A stretch of 63,982 nt of DNA, filler included, from Sphacelaria rigidula (Eukaryota), in the NCBI GenBank assembly GCA_964200075.2. It is 3 parts of 3 records of this genome, joined end to end, with 100 filler letters (N's around TTAATTAATTAA, not from the genome) between each part and the next. Parts side by side here need not be neighbours in the genome. Positions count along the whole stretch, not along the records: positions 21,684 to 43,249 come from CAXNAA020000406.1; 2 more parts are not named here. The stretch is one strand, 5' to 3'. A program made the position numbers and the translations under genes. Below, piece by piece: positions 25,221-38,100 of the stretch. The notes beneath the pieces are model-generated. The model did not search any database and was not told the DNA's origin. It saw only the letters and a program-made list of their open reading frames with translations. Within the stretch, counting starts at the first letter, position 1. Each line of letters starts with the position of its first letter.

Positions 25221-26399
25221 GTGTTTTGTACCTGGTTCGTGGAAACTGTCGACAGTATACCAGGACTTTCCAGGGGGAACACGTAAATCGCCCTTCGGTT
25301 TGTCTTCCGCGGCATCTACCCCTCCGGGGGACGCCAGCTTGCCTAGTTTTTACCCTCGCATGATGCTCTTCTGAAACTCACCGCTCAAAGTTGCCGTGCT
25401 CCTAATTTTGATTTTTTTTTTCCCGCAAACTTGTCCCCATATACTGAGACCTCGTCGTCACGTTTCCTCCGTCATACTTCCAACAAGTATCACCGGAAGT
25501 GGAAATGGTATCAGGAGGGTGGGAAAGTGTGTCAGCTTATGTCAGACGCGCGCCGAAAACGCCCAGACAGGAGGGTGGGCAACGGCACGTCCTCTGAAAA
25601 TGACACACGCGAGGCACCCCTCTGCAATATTTTTGAACGGATTGCCGTCAAGCAGACGCTTCTGTAAATAGATGAGCAAGAGTGGAACTGCGGAGCTCAT
25701 GCGCGTGGGTGGTGTGTGTGTGCGCGCACGAGAGTTTTCCGGGGTTCGGTGTGTTGATATGCTGTGTTTATTATCGCGTCTCTTTCGTACCAGCACAGTG
25801 ATGCTGAACGGAAAACCACCACGAACGTGTCAACCGGTTGAAAAGACTGTGCGCAGATCTCGCTTGCTTTGATCCGGACGTGAGCGGTGTTTCCATCAGG
25901 ATTCATACAACGGTCGTCGTGGATACCAATGTGTTCGTTAACTAAGTTAACAAACCAGTTACACCTGTTTCAATTAGGGCATATGGCCTCAGCCGTCGGG
26001 AATGCTTACATGTTATTCTCGTTTGCGTTCGAATTCCGTTGCAGGATCTACTTTTCTTGTCGTGAGGAGCCGATTCTTACTCTGGTTTCAGGATCGGAAT
26101 CATTATTTTCCTCCAGTAGTACGATAGAATTGTTTTGAAATCGAGGTTGAACATTAAGATGAAGTTCAGCACTACTGAAACGGCGTTTTCCCTTACTTGA
26201 AGTCATCACGAATGACCCTCACATGGACGACCTCATGCTCCCCAACCTCCCTGAGACTAAGTATGGGGGGGTTTCCCGTCTCCCATTCCCCCCAAGGGTA
26301 TGTGCTTGAGCACCATTTTCGGGCTACAGTACAATGTACCCCCTTTTTCCACTCCGAAATCGAGGCCAAAAGGCGCTGTCGCACATGCACATTAGGGTG

Positions 26400-27055
26400 G
26401 GTGTACTCATGATCATGCATGACATAGTCATCAGACCATTGACCTCGCATCCCGACAAAGCCGGGACGGAGCACGCCGGGTTTTCACCGGACCAGACTCG
26501 CAATCAATCACCAAGCGCGAAGCGCCGTGGTGTGCTCGGCGAGTCGCATGAAGGGCGAGCTGCATTCTGCCAAGATTGTTCGCCCCGAAGCGTACTAATT
26601 GTCTTACATTCGAATGACAGCCGACAATTAGTTGCTTCATTTTCTGGTATCGCCACTTCCATGGAGAGCCACAGGTTACACACTGCCTCATGGATGTTTC
26701 ACCATGTCAACACTACGTAGTGAGATCATCTCCGTTGCGTGGAGGTGAGATTCTTCCACCCCGCACACTACGATCTAGCTCGACCACCATCACGGGGGGG
26801 ATACCCTCATGATCTTGCATGCCGTAGTTATATGACCATTGACCTCGCATACCTACCAAGCCGAGGCGGAGCACGCCGAGTTTTCGCCGGACCAGCCGCG
26901 CAATCAATCATCAAGCGCGAAGCGCCGTGATGTGTTTGGCGAGTCGCATGAAGGGCGAGCTGCATCCTGCTTAGATTGTTCGGCGCAAACCGTACCGATT
27001 ATCTTGCACCTGGATTCTAGATTCCAGTGCGTTGCTTCATTTTCTGGTATCGCTG
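26400..27055 (+). repeat. Two tandem copies (about 255 bp) of the GTACTCATGATC dispersed repeat
   Basis: 26400-26660 and 26800-27055 align throughout, for example ggcgagtcgcatgaagggcgagctgcat and gttgcttcattttctggtatcgc. Confidence 0.88.
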
Positions 27056-27171
27056 TCTCAAGGGTGTCTCGCCATTCAAACACTCCCTTTGCGCGGAATT
27101 GAGGTTGCCCAACCCCTCATGATATGATCTACTTCGAGCATCAATATGGTTACCGAAAAAAGGGCAAGCGT

Positions 27172-27769
27172 CAGGGGGCAACGCGGAGAGAAATTTCGGG
27201 CCTAACCCCCTCCCCCCTCCCCGGGGGGAATTTTTTCGAAAATTGTCATGATTTGTTTTTGTCAACTCTGTTGCAAAACATTGGTCAATGAAGACTGTTT
27301 TGATTTTCTCTCCTGTTTATTTCCTTGAAAGAAACTGGTCAATAAACACTGACAAAAAACGAAACGTCTGGTGGGCTTTGCGGGGTTCATATTTCTGCTC
27401 CTTACCCGCTTTGTCCCGCGATGGCATCAGATGCCGGAGGGCATTTTTTCGGAAATTGTCCTGATTTTTTTCTTCGTTAATTTTGTTGCAAGAGTTAAGC
27501 GATAAAAAATGACAATAAACGAAACGTCTGGTGGGTTTTGCGGGGTTTATATATTTGCTTCTGCTCCTTGCCCGCTCTTTCCCGATGGCCTCAGGCCTCC
27601 ATGCCAAGGATATCTGTCCACGGCAGCTGACCGCACCCGCCAACGCTTCGGCAATGAACCAGCGGACAGACGACTGGGTCCCCCCCCCCCCCCCCCCCCG
27701 CCCCTCAAAGACTCATATTTTCGATCTCGGGGCCCAGGTGTCCAGAATTTTGTTTTACGCTGCCCCCTG
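27172..27769. mobile_element. Putative non-autonomous TIR element (about 600 bp) with an internal tandem duplication
   Basis: 12-bp TIR CAGGGGGCA[AG]CG, with flanks caagcgt / caagcgc forming a near-perfect 7-bp duplication. 'cgaaacgtctggtggg..ttgcggggtt' is duplicated internally at ~27360 and ~27520. Confidence 0.6.
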
Positions 27770-30700
27770 CAAGCGCGCAGAAAAAAACGGTGGCCTGGTT
27801 GACTAGCTTACGCAGTCAGTGATGTGCCCTACGTGTACAGCGGGGGGACAGGAGGCGGAAAATCCCCACAGATAGTTTGCGGAAGATCGCAGGGCATGCG
27901 GTCGTCCATATGAAAATTATTCATCGTGATATCAGTTCAGGGAAAGCACGTTTTTGGAGTTGAACTCCACTTCAATGTTCCACTATATTTCCGAAAATAT
28001 CATATTTTCCCTCGTGGTACCGATAGCTTTTCTGTTGGCGGTAAGCGAGCGGAGTCGGAGTTAAGCCGCAGATTCAATACCCAGTGACTGATCATAGTAA
28101 CTCTCCCGCCGTAAAATCCTTCGGATCCAGCAAACCGAAGCTTGAAGGGTTTTCGGAAAACCTTTTGTGTCAACCATTACCCCCCCAAACCGGTTGCGGT
28201 GACCCCCGATAATCTTTCTGTGGGAGTGTCACCACCATAATTGGTACACCGAACACGGACAGGTTTGGCTAAGGTAAATACTCTGTATTCACAAATCTAT
28301 GAGACAGGTGTTATCATTCGTATCCTTCGTGGTTTCATCCCAAGGATGTAAACACGGGCAAGTAGGACTTTGGGGAGTGGCATCCCCGGGGGGTGTCATA
28401 CTCCAAAGTGAAAATGTCACCCACAAATGTAGTGGCCCTCACACCCTGGACGGATTGGCATGCTTCCAATCGATGGGTGTGTGTGTCACTGCACATGTTG
28501 GTGTGCTCTTGTCGCAGACAAGGTAGCGGCAAGAGAGAATACTCACATCACCAATGCGGGGGGGGGGTGCTAGCTGTACACTTTGCCAAGATCAACACTG
28601 TGCAAAACGTTTTGTTCACACTTCCGCGGATGCATTGACAGGTCGATGTGCACCCAGCCATCAGCGGGTATGCCGATTTGGAGCAACAGCCTGTGCTGAA
28701 AACAAACTTATTCAAAGCTTCTAGTAATACCCTGTTCTACAATATACTCTCTGGTTCAGGATTTTTTTTTCCAAGTCTCGATTCATGAGTATTTTCGTAT
28801 TTTCCCTTGGCTGTATTTTCAGTAGATCCGTCGATGTGCGACAATTCATCAGCCGACTAACTGATCTTGTAACCCTCAGGTGTGTCGTTGGTACGCATCA
28901 CCCGGCCATTGTGCGACTGACTGTTATGGAAACGGGTGAAAAACAGAGTTGAATATCGAACGGAAAATATATATCGATATGATATTTTCAAAGTCTCGAC
29001 CTCAAGACGTCGATGCTGATATTTTTTCGATACGCGGAAAATGACCCGATACGTACCGATACTCGATACTGATACTCGATACGATACGATACGGCTGTTT
29101 CGGTGGGGACACGGCTTGCAATATCTCACGGTACTACACTGATACTAGCAACCTTACCCGGAGTGGGTGCACGCCTGATTATATAAAGGTGCAGCAGCAG
29201 CAGTTTGTGATTTGTGATTTGTTATCTGACAAGATAGAATTGGCGGCACAACACGCGGCGTGATGCTTCGGTTTGACAAAAATGGTTCATCGTGCAACAG
29301 GCGAGTCGCAAAAAGAGGTGGTTGATCACAACGCCAAGCGTGATGCATGACACATATTCTAGTGTGTTGTTCAAGCCGGTGATATACAAAAGTATATTCC
29401 GCGGCCGCTATTCCGTCATATCTCGATCGAATTTGAGCATTTACCTGGGCTCTGCGAACTGCGCACTGCGAACGCGCTGATTATTCATAAACGAACGCGC
29501 CAAGCCTCGAAACTGGGCAATAAATGATGAATACAAATGCGCGCTCGCTTTTTCTGTTCTCCGTACGGGACCATACAAGGAAAAAGTCGGCAGCAGACGT
29601 CCAATGTTTTCATTGTCAGCTACACAACGAAGTACACTCTCCAGACACCTAAACACCAAAGCAATAGAATTCCAAAGCTTGTAGAAAAAACTGGATATGA
29701 TGAGAAGAGATGACCGTCTACCCTCACACACGAAATTTGGCGCCATCTCAAGAATCCGATATATTCGCGGGTAACTCTGCTTGTCGGTTCTCTCCACTCT
29801 TGGTTGAGGGTACCACACCAGCAGCCGCCGTAGCAGACACAGATACAAACGGTTTGGCAGAAACGTCGACTGTAGCAGACAAAGATACAGACGGTTCGGC
29901 AGAAACGTTGACCGCAGACTCTGCGCTACCGACTTTCACAAGGCCGGAAGTCTGAAGGCGGCTCATGTTGCATACCGGTGTGGTTCGCAGTAAGTGGCTG
30001 CGTTTGGTGTGTGGAGTGTGGCGGCGTGGCGGACAGTGGGGTGATGGGGGGTGGGACGATGTGCTGTCTACCACCCCCTTCTCCCACCCCCCTCCCCCCG
30101 TCAAATAATATATATATATATATATATATTGATCATATCAATATCCGATATCGACATTGATGCGCATCGACAAAAATCGGCTTGGGAAGCGGCGATACCG
30201 ATACGCAGTATCGACCAATATATCGAAATCGTATCGAGTATCGATATCTGATTTTCAATACGGGTGAAAACCCTTGTCGGCCAAAGTATGTTGCAGTTGG
30301 TAGTGTGTTTTACCAGTCTGTCTATAAGTACATTCCTCAATGTTTTCCATGAAATTTGCAGAATTTCATACTTGTTTCAAACGCATGATATGTAAGGAGA
30401 AACTCTGTCCTTTACTCATCGCGTCGGACTACAGCAGCACTCCTGCTTATCGTGGATTGGAGGATCTCGTCGCAGTGTGCATCTGTACAATAGATTCTGC
30501 CTCGGTATTTCTCGGAAACGTATCGGGCGCAAAGCAGTTCGGCAGGAATTCTGAAACCATCTGAGGATCTCCCCGCGCAACCAGCTTCCGATTGCTTCAC
30601 CCACCCGCTGTCGTGGTGGTAATCATGTTGTTATTCCCCACTCGCTGTCGCGATTTGCGGCTGTACCTATGGAGCGTGCTTGACTCTGACGTATATTTAT

Positions 30701-32122
30701 GTCTACGAGCTGGTTCAGCGTAGAAGGAGATCTGTAGGTTGCAGGTCTGCTCTCACCTCAGTTTCGAGCGTTGGACTTCCACATTTGATTTGGAAAATCA
30801 ACAGGGCATAAAAAAGAATATGTTGGGACGTAGTAGTTGTATTTTTTTAGGGGTTAGGGGCAACAATGTACATACAGGTTTCAGCAAAATATCCGTGAGT
30901 AGTGATGATCATTTTTTCACGTTCCCACACATATTTATAACGATGCTTTCTTCATTCTCCATTTCAAATTTGAACGTTCTTCTCCCCAAATTGAGGTGAG
31001 AACGGGTGATTTAACGAGCCCAGTTTTGCTACTGATGCTCTGGGATTTTGTGAGGCAAATGTCTAGAGCATATGAAGAAATGGGACACATTTTTGTTTTT
31101 TCATGAGTTGAGAACATTTTTGGGATGGTGAATACCCATTTTTTTACAATATCCTTGACCCACCAAAAATGATTCAAGACCCATTTTTTTTATAAATGCC
31201 CTTGCAATTCTCAAGCTCGATTCCAAGTCACCATTCTAAACGTTGAGCTCAGAGCCCGATATGAGGGCCAAAACCAACATTCATATTTCACTCAAATGCT
31301 CCCAGGACGTGAGAAAAAAAAAAAAACTGTCAAGGAGTTGAACTTCTTTTTCATTCTTCCCTGGCGATTCTCTATACCAAATTTCAAAGCCGAACTCTCA
31401 TAAGTAAGGAACGAAGTCCAGATTCGGTGCGTTCCGTGTGTCTACTCGCAGTATTTGAGTTTGTGTCGGATATTTCGTGCGGCGTGTTTTAATTAGATAG
31501 CGAATGAGGCGAAGGTGGGGGTGTCGATCGTTTCCCCGTGCTTCAGAGAATGTTCACACCAAAAATCATCATCCGCTGTATACATCGTTCGGGATTTATT
31601 TATATAGAGTAGTATAGACCCTATCTCCTTGCGGTATGAGAATTGCTCGACATAGCGTCCAATCAAGGAGAAAATATTTTCCTGGGCTTTTCAGCAGATT
31701 GGTGCCTTCCCCTTCACTAGAAAATCAACAAGATATGTGGATCACGGCCAAATTCCTCTGTGTCGATGAGATATGGCTGTTGGAGCTTAAATTCGTTTTT
31801 AGGCTAGCCCAGCTCGTAAATTCGTCTTGCCGTCTCCCTCTTTCTCAATTCGCATCGCTAGCATCACGTTTCTCCTTCATCCAGTGCACGATATTCGTGT
31901 CATTTTCACAAGAAGTTGTTCAGCGGAAGGAATTCGACATGACCTCGAGAATACCGTCGAGTGGAGCGTTCGATTTCCGTTCTGTCGAGTCCTCCCGTGT
32001 TTTTTCAGACCAACACACGTTGCTCTCAGCCCCTCCCATCCGTCCTTGTGGTTTCACGTGGTCATTGTTGTCTCTTGCATCGATTCTTGTGTTGCACTCG
32101 CTCGAAACAAACTCCAAACCAG

Positions 32123-35100
32123 GTTACGTTGGTGTCTGCGATCTATATGTCGGCCAGCACGTGGGCGTTTTTCTACGAGCCGGACACAGGAGCTATTTGC
32201 CCCTACAGGTGTGAATACGTTTGGACAAAAATATTATGTTTTACGGCAAAGTTTGACAACGCATCTTTACTCTGACATCCAAGTGCTGTGCTGCAAAGGT
32301 TTCACGCCGTGTTTCAACGCTGGGCAGCAGGTTACAGGACGAGTGAACCAAACATAAGCATGGCTCTCATCATCGATCGATGTGAAATGTCCCCACCGCG
32401 CTCCATGGAACTCATCCAAACGCTCGAACGACTCTGTCATGGTCGACACACCCTTTCTGCCCTTCAGCGTGAACGATGATGAAGGGCTCCCAAGCAACTC
32501 GCATTGATTCGTGTGGACACGTTTCGCCGCCGCCTAGCACTAATTCATGTCGCAACATATATCTTCGCAGGGTAATTTGTGCCACAACATGGCCTGAGAA
32601 GATTTTGCTGACCTTCTCGAGACTCTCGGCGGGAGCGTTGTTCTCCGCGGTAACGATCACGGTGCTGTCAAAGTGCTACTCCACGAAGGCATTCCTCCAC
32701 CACTCGTGGTTTGGCGCAATCATCGACATCGAGCCTTCTCACGACATGCATACCTGTGAGCGTGTTTCCCGCTTCTGTTTCCAAAGCCTGTGCAAAACAT
32801 ATTGCAATTCAGTCAGGTGTTGGTCTTGGTGAACATATATGTTTTGGACGATGTGGTGAGCACTGTGCTCGACCCTTTATTTCGACCGCAGATCCCGAGA
32901 AGTACAACCCTGCCCGCGGCGCTGGAGGTATCCCTTGATAACGAATCAAACCTGCGTTGCTTGCGCCAACTTCATGACTGTCGTCTAGCGTTTCGGTGGG
33001 CTCTTACCTCGCGGTTGCAGAATCGGACGGTATGAACGACGCGTGGTTGCGGAAATTTGGAATCTTGTGCTTGCGGGCGTACCATTCATAAGTTGCCCCC
33101 TTTTATGTTCCAACAGTTGCACCATGTTTGAACATGAAATGTTTCGGCTATAATTCAGATTATTTGTGCTGTCACGATAGCGAGAGTATTCACGTATACT
33201 GGAGCGCCAATTGCCCGATGGTGTGATCCGTGCTGCATAGGGTGCTCGCTTAGTTTTCTTCGTGGTTTTGACCTGCTGATATCTGAGAGGAAATAGTCCC
33301 GCGAGTTCGAACAGCGTATCTGACAATATTAACTTTGACCTGACTTTCGCGGCGTATGTCGCATGATCTATGGGTCCCAAATCTCATCGCAATTATTGTC
33401 AAAGACTTCGGTTACCTGATGCTCGTGGCCGGAGTGGAGCACGGTGTTCTTCACATCATCCGCTACTCCATCGGTGGCGATGCTGATCTCCTGTACAAGA
33501 CCAACGTCGGCCGCTCCGGGGTGATCTGCATGCTTCTCCTTTTCCCCATCGTACTGCCCATGAAGTTCCAATGGTTCAAGGATAAGGTGAGTGCGAATCT
33601 TTTGTCACATGTTTTGCGCTATTGAACCTCATCTCTAAATGATTCCCTCATCTGCATGAACCAACTCGTCTCTCCCGTCAAGTTTCGTCGAGTTTATCTT
33701 CGGCTATTCATGCCCTCGCGCCGTCGGCGACGCAGGTCAGATCGTGCATGAACATATCGTTTGTTTCGGACGCCCAAACCACCACCATTGGTTTGCCAGC
33801 TCGAGCGGGGCGCGGCGGTGAAAAAGGAAAATGCTGTTGTGGTTGTTATCTTCCCCGTAATAGCTGAAGTGTTAAAAAGTGCCTGTCCTTATTTCACGAG
33901 AATATGCAACAAAACAGAGAAGTTGCATTAGAGAGGTACTGAATAACCAAGGGACAGCTCTTGTCTTTTACAGCAGGGTAGTGATGGCGGAGACTACACC
34001 TATCGCTTCCGTGGTATCTCTGTTTTGGGCTCATACTCCCCTTCTTTCCCCGAGACAAGTCCGTAGTCTCGAGGGATCTACCCATCACGCCCCCGGCACA
34101 TGCCTGACACATCGGTTCCGTGGATTGGATCAGTACTACCCCACCGCGTCGGCTCTCGACAGATTCTATTCGCTACTCACATTCTCACGAGTTCAAGGAC
34201 GGAAGCCAGACTTTTCTTTGGAAAATCGCATCGGGATTCGAAGCCGCCATCCGGCGCCCTGACCGAGTAAAGAGTAACCCGTCGAACCACCGGAGCGTGG
34301 GGCCAATGCTGGAAACGCGTGAAAGCCCGACTCCGCGGCATGAAAAGCATCTTTCCGCTCTTCTAGTAATGGACCTTCCTGGTTTACTATGTATTCACCG
34401 TTGTTTTCATGAAAACCTTGAAGCCATGCCGTTGGACCCTTAATCCTACAACTTGCGACCATCCTTCCTCCGTACCGTATCTGCATACCCGGAGGTCAAT
34501 AAGCCCATCTATGAAGCCACCCCCCCGCCCCGACACCTCTACCTAGCCCAACCCGCCGCCTGAACACGGTTTTTCGTGGCATCCACGCCGACCATCCTTA
34601 CTACATGTCCCCTGCCCATGTTGCTCGTTTCAGATGAGGTTCGAAACTCGCAAGGGGATGCACATGCTATTCATACCCTTGATAGTGGGGTTGTGCTTCC
34701 ACAGTACGGCGTTCTGCTACGTCAGCGCGATCCTGATCGCGTGGTACGCCGCCGACAGGTTCTACTTTACGACCAAACAGTGAGTTCATCGTGCATACGG
34801 TAGGATGATGAAAGAGTATGATGCGGGATACATTGCACACCGTACAGTTGGGAAAAATATCCAGGTAGCAGACCGGAGCAAGAAGTGCCCCAGGTTTCAC
34901 TCTGTGGTAATGCATGGTGCTCGAGATGCGTGCTCGAAAAGGAGTGTCATCTACTGCCGTTGTCGTTTCCGGAGCGGCGTTTCAGCATTTTCAGTGTTCG
35001 TATTTGCCGTAGAAAACACGTGATTACGCTGAATTCTGATGAAGACACCAGAAATGCAATTCACTTCAGCGAGATACTAAATCCTGTTGGCGGAGCACGA

Positions 35101-38100
35101 TGGCATTATGCTATTGAGGCTTGTCAAGGACTCGGAATCATCAGATGCGAAACATGTACTCATGCATTGTTGCGTCTCCCCTCTCTCTCTGTTGTGATAT
35201 TTCGGACCTGCTCATCGTGATCTTCCCACCATTCCTCAGAACATTCTTGATCCAGCACCCCACCTTCGAGGCCGTCGGCCGGGGCACCATGGTTGGTCTG
35301 GAGCTCCCACCGTGAGTGCGATCATTCCGTATCGTGTAGAAAGAAACCACTGCTCTGCTGGTACAGGCGAGGCGGGAAGCATACCAATGATCGATTGAAC
35401 CTTGTAAAATGTTTCTCGTAGTTGACAGTGAATAGAACGTACTGCCACGTAGTCCTCCTTTTTTATGCTGCTGGAGTGGACCGGCATCGGCAAGACGATA
35501 CACTACACCCTGAGACGAAGGCCGGAATTCACGGCGTGAAGAAAGGATCCCGGGAGAGTACAGCTCAAGGCACGGTTCCCGATCGCCCCCCCGCAGAGGA
35601 TAAACCTTTCCTCTCACGTATACCGCTGTTATAGACATTCGATTTTATCCGCATCCTATGTCCGCGTTTTCTCGTCCGCGTTACCACGCCAGTGGCTACG
35701 ACTTCAAGGCCGGGTCGTACATCTATGTGAACTGTCCAGCGATCAGCCTTGGAGAATGGCACCCGTTTTCGATCATTCCCGTCCCCGGAGCCAGCAACAC
35801 GGCCGCCTTTTACGCAGAAGTGGTGAGCAGGGATGTATTATACTTGTTCCGACAATAGATTCTCCATTGGGAGCACTAAGCCCTACCGAATTGCAAGATT
35901 TGAAAACGGTCGGAGCTCGTCGGCGACATGTGTAAGGGAAGCCGCCAGGAGACACTCTGGGTGTTCGATGTCTATCATCGGTGGGAATCCGACGATGCCC
36001 AAACTCAACAGTATCGAAAACGATGGGGTTGGGAATTATTCCATTTTTCAATGTGGTACATTTCCGTAAAATTTATGACCTTTCAGTAGTCACTACGATG
36101 AAGCATATGTAGATTGAGTACAAAATGTGGAGATTGGGTAGAAAATGGGTTGGCAATTCGTACTTTGAATTTCAGAGCAATGATTGGTCGAGGCACCACT
36201 TCACCCTTGCCATGACCTTGAACAAAATCCCGACTATTTCACCCTCTTCAGTTGTCCATGACGATCAGTATGATAATGTATACGCAACTATTGGTAGGTA
36301 GTGCGGAAGGCATTCACTGGTGACATGATTTTGGGTAATAGGTATGACCGAGCCTGTGTAACATACAGACCCCGATACGAGGTCAAGTACCCTCCGATCG
36401 AGGAGGGGTAAGATAGTCATCCTTCGACAGGAGCGGGGCGGGGGGGTAGTTAGGGTCACTTGATCCACGAAAGCAGCAGAAAGTTGTTCGAACGCGGTTG
36501 TGACCGAAACCTAACCCTCATACATGCTGCTTGACACCATTTTCACCCAACTACAAGCGCACCGCGCGTGTGCTGGGTCGTCTGACACACCCATAAGCCT
36601 TCTTCGTGGAATCAACCTCCCCTATCGTAAGATCACTCTTTTTGTTTTTTTCACTAAATCGGTACAACTCAGTTTCTATTCGTGTTTTCATATTTCAACG
36701 TCGTCGAAATCCTACCTAGTCGTGTTCATCGGTGGTTGTCATCCATTCGTGGAGAGAAAGTTAGTCTGCTCAGCATTGCTGCTGCAATAAGCATGCCACG
36801 ACTTTTTGGGGGGTTGGCCGATCTTCCTTGCGTGCCAGGTTGGCGACTGGACTCGAGCCCTGTTTCGGCTTGGGCTTGATCAGCCCCGACTGCCTCTGTG
36901 GATAACCACGGCGCAGCCCAGCACTATGGACAAGACCGTCTACTACGACCGCGGTATGTTCATACCAGTCTCTCCTGGCTTGTGTTTCGATGTCGCTGCT
37001 ACGTTCTCCAACTGTATTTTGCTCGATCGTGCGATTAGGGTCCTTATTAACAGGGTTGTTTTGCTCAGACTCTTCGAGTTCTTCGGAGAAAAAAAGTCCC
37101 CCCCCGAAACTTGTGACAGCGTATCTCTCAACCAGTAGGATAGAACAATTGAAGACGAACTACATCTAACGCGGGGAATCTAGCGTTGTTTCTTCAGCTT
37201 TTTTCTTTGAAAAACAGTGGAATTCTTCGAAAAAGTCGAAACGGCCTGAAGAACAAAGCCCCGATAAAGCCCCGTTAATAACGACCCTTACAACAAGTTC
37301 ACGGGGGGTGTCGTGGTTTCATCTGTTGGAATGTAAGAATCGATGCATTCATCACTTTTACCGTAAGATGCCATATGCCGCATGTCTTCTTGATACAGTT
37401 GCTACTACACACGCTGAACGTGTTGCTGTATGGTGGGAGTTTACCATGCTTGAGAGAGTCTTTTAGTGGTGGTACACTGGTCAGTGGTGAAATTAGTAGT
37501 CGTTGGCCTTCGTGAAACATGTGTAAAAGCACTACGGGTGGCCGCCGGCACACGTCATCCGCATTTTGGAACGTCCCCAGGCTATGGACAAGTTGAACAG
37601 CATGCGTAGAGCATAAGCCGATCCGCAAAACGCATATCCCAGCTTGTAGGCAGGTTTTGCTAAGGTCATACAAAGCGACAACACTTGAGACAGCAATTCG
37701 ATTCACTCTGTACACAATTGTTTCACAGAATCCAAAACGTATCACAACCTAGGAACCACTTCCGAGTGCGCATGACGGGTACCAGTAGCCACCCGTGTTC
37801 CTTCCGTGGTTTAGTGTCTTTTTTTTCGATAATAATGCTAGCACGTGCTGTACAAGATGAAGCCGCATGTCTCACACTCTTCACCACATTTGCACAATCA
37901 GTCTCACCTCATGTTTCTTGACGTTTGAGTTGCCCCACTCCCGCCCGCCTGACTTCCCGCGGCTCGACCTCCCGTTGACGTTTGCTCTGTATTCAGTGGT
38001 ACTGATCTGCACCGGGGCCGGCATCACTCCGGGGATCTCTATCGCACAAAGGTGTCGCAAGTTTTACTCGTAGCCCTGTATTGTAACTGCATTTGTTTAA

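Noticed and set aside
19863-27055. Recurrent repeats considered as a CRISPR-like array
   Set aside because: The context is eukaryotic, spacing is irregular, units are long, and there are no cas genes.
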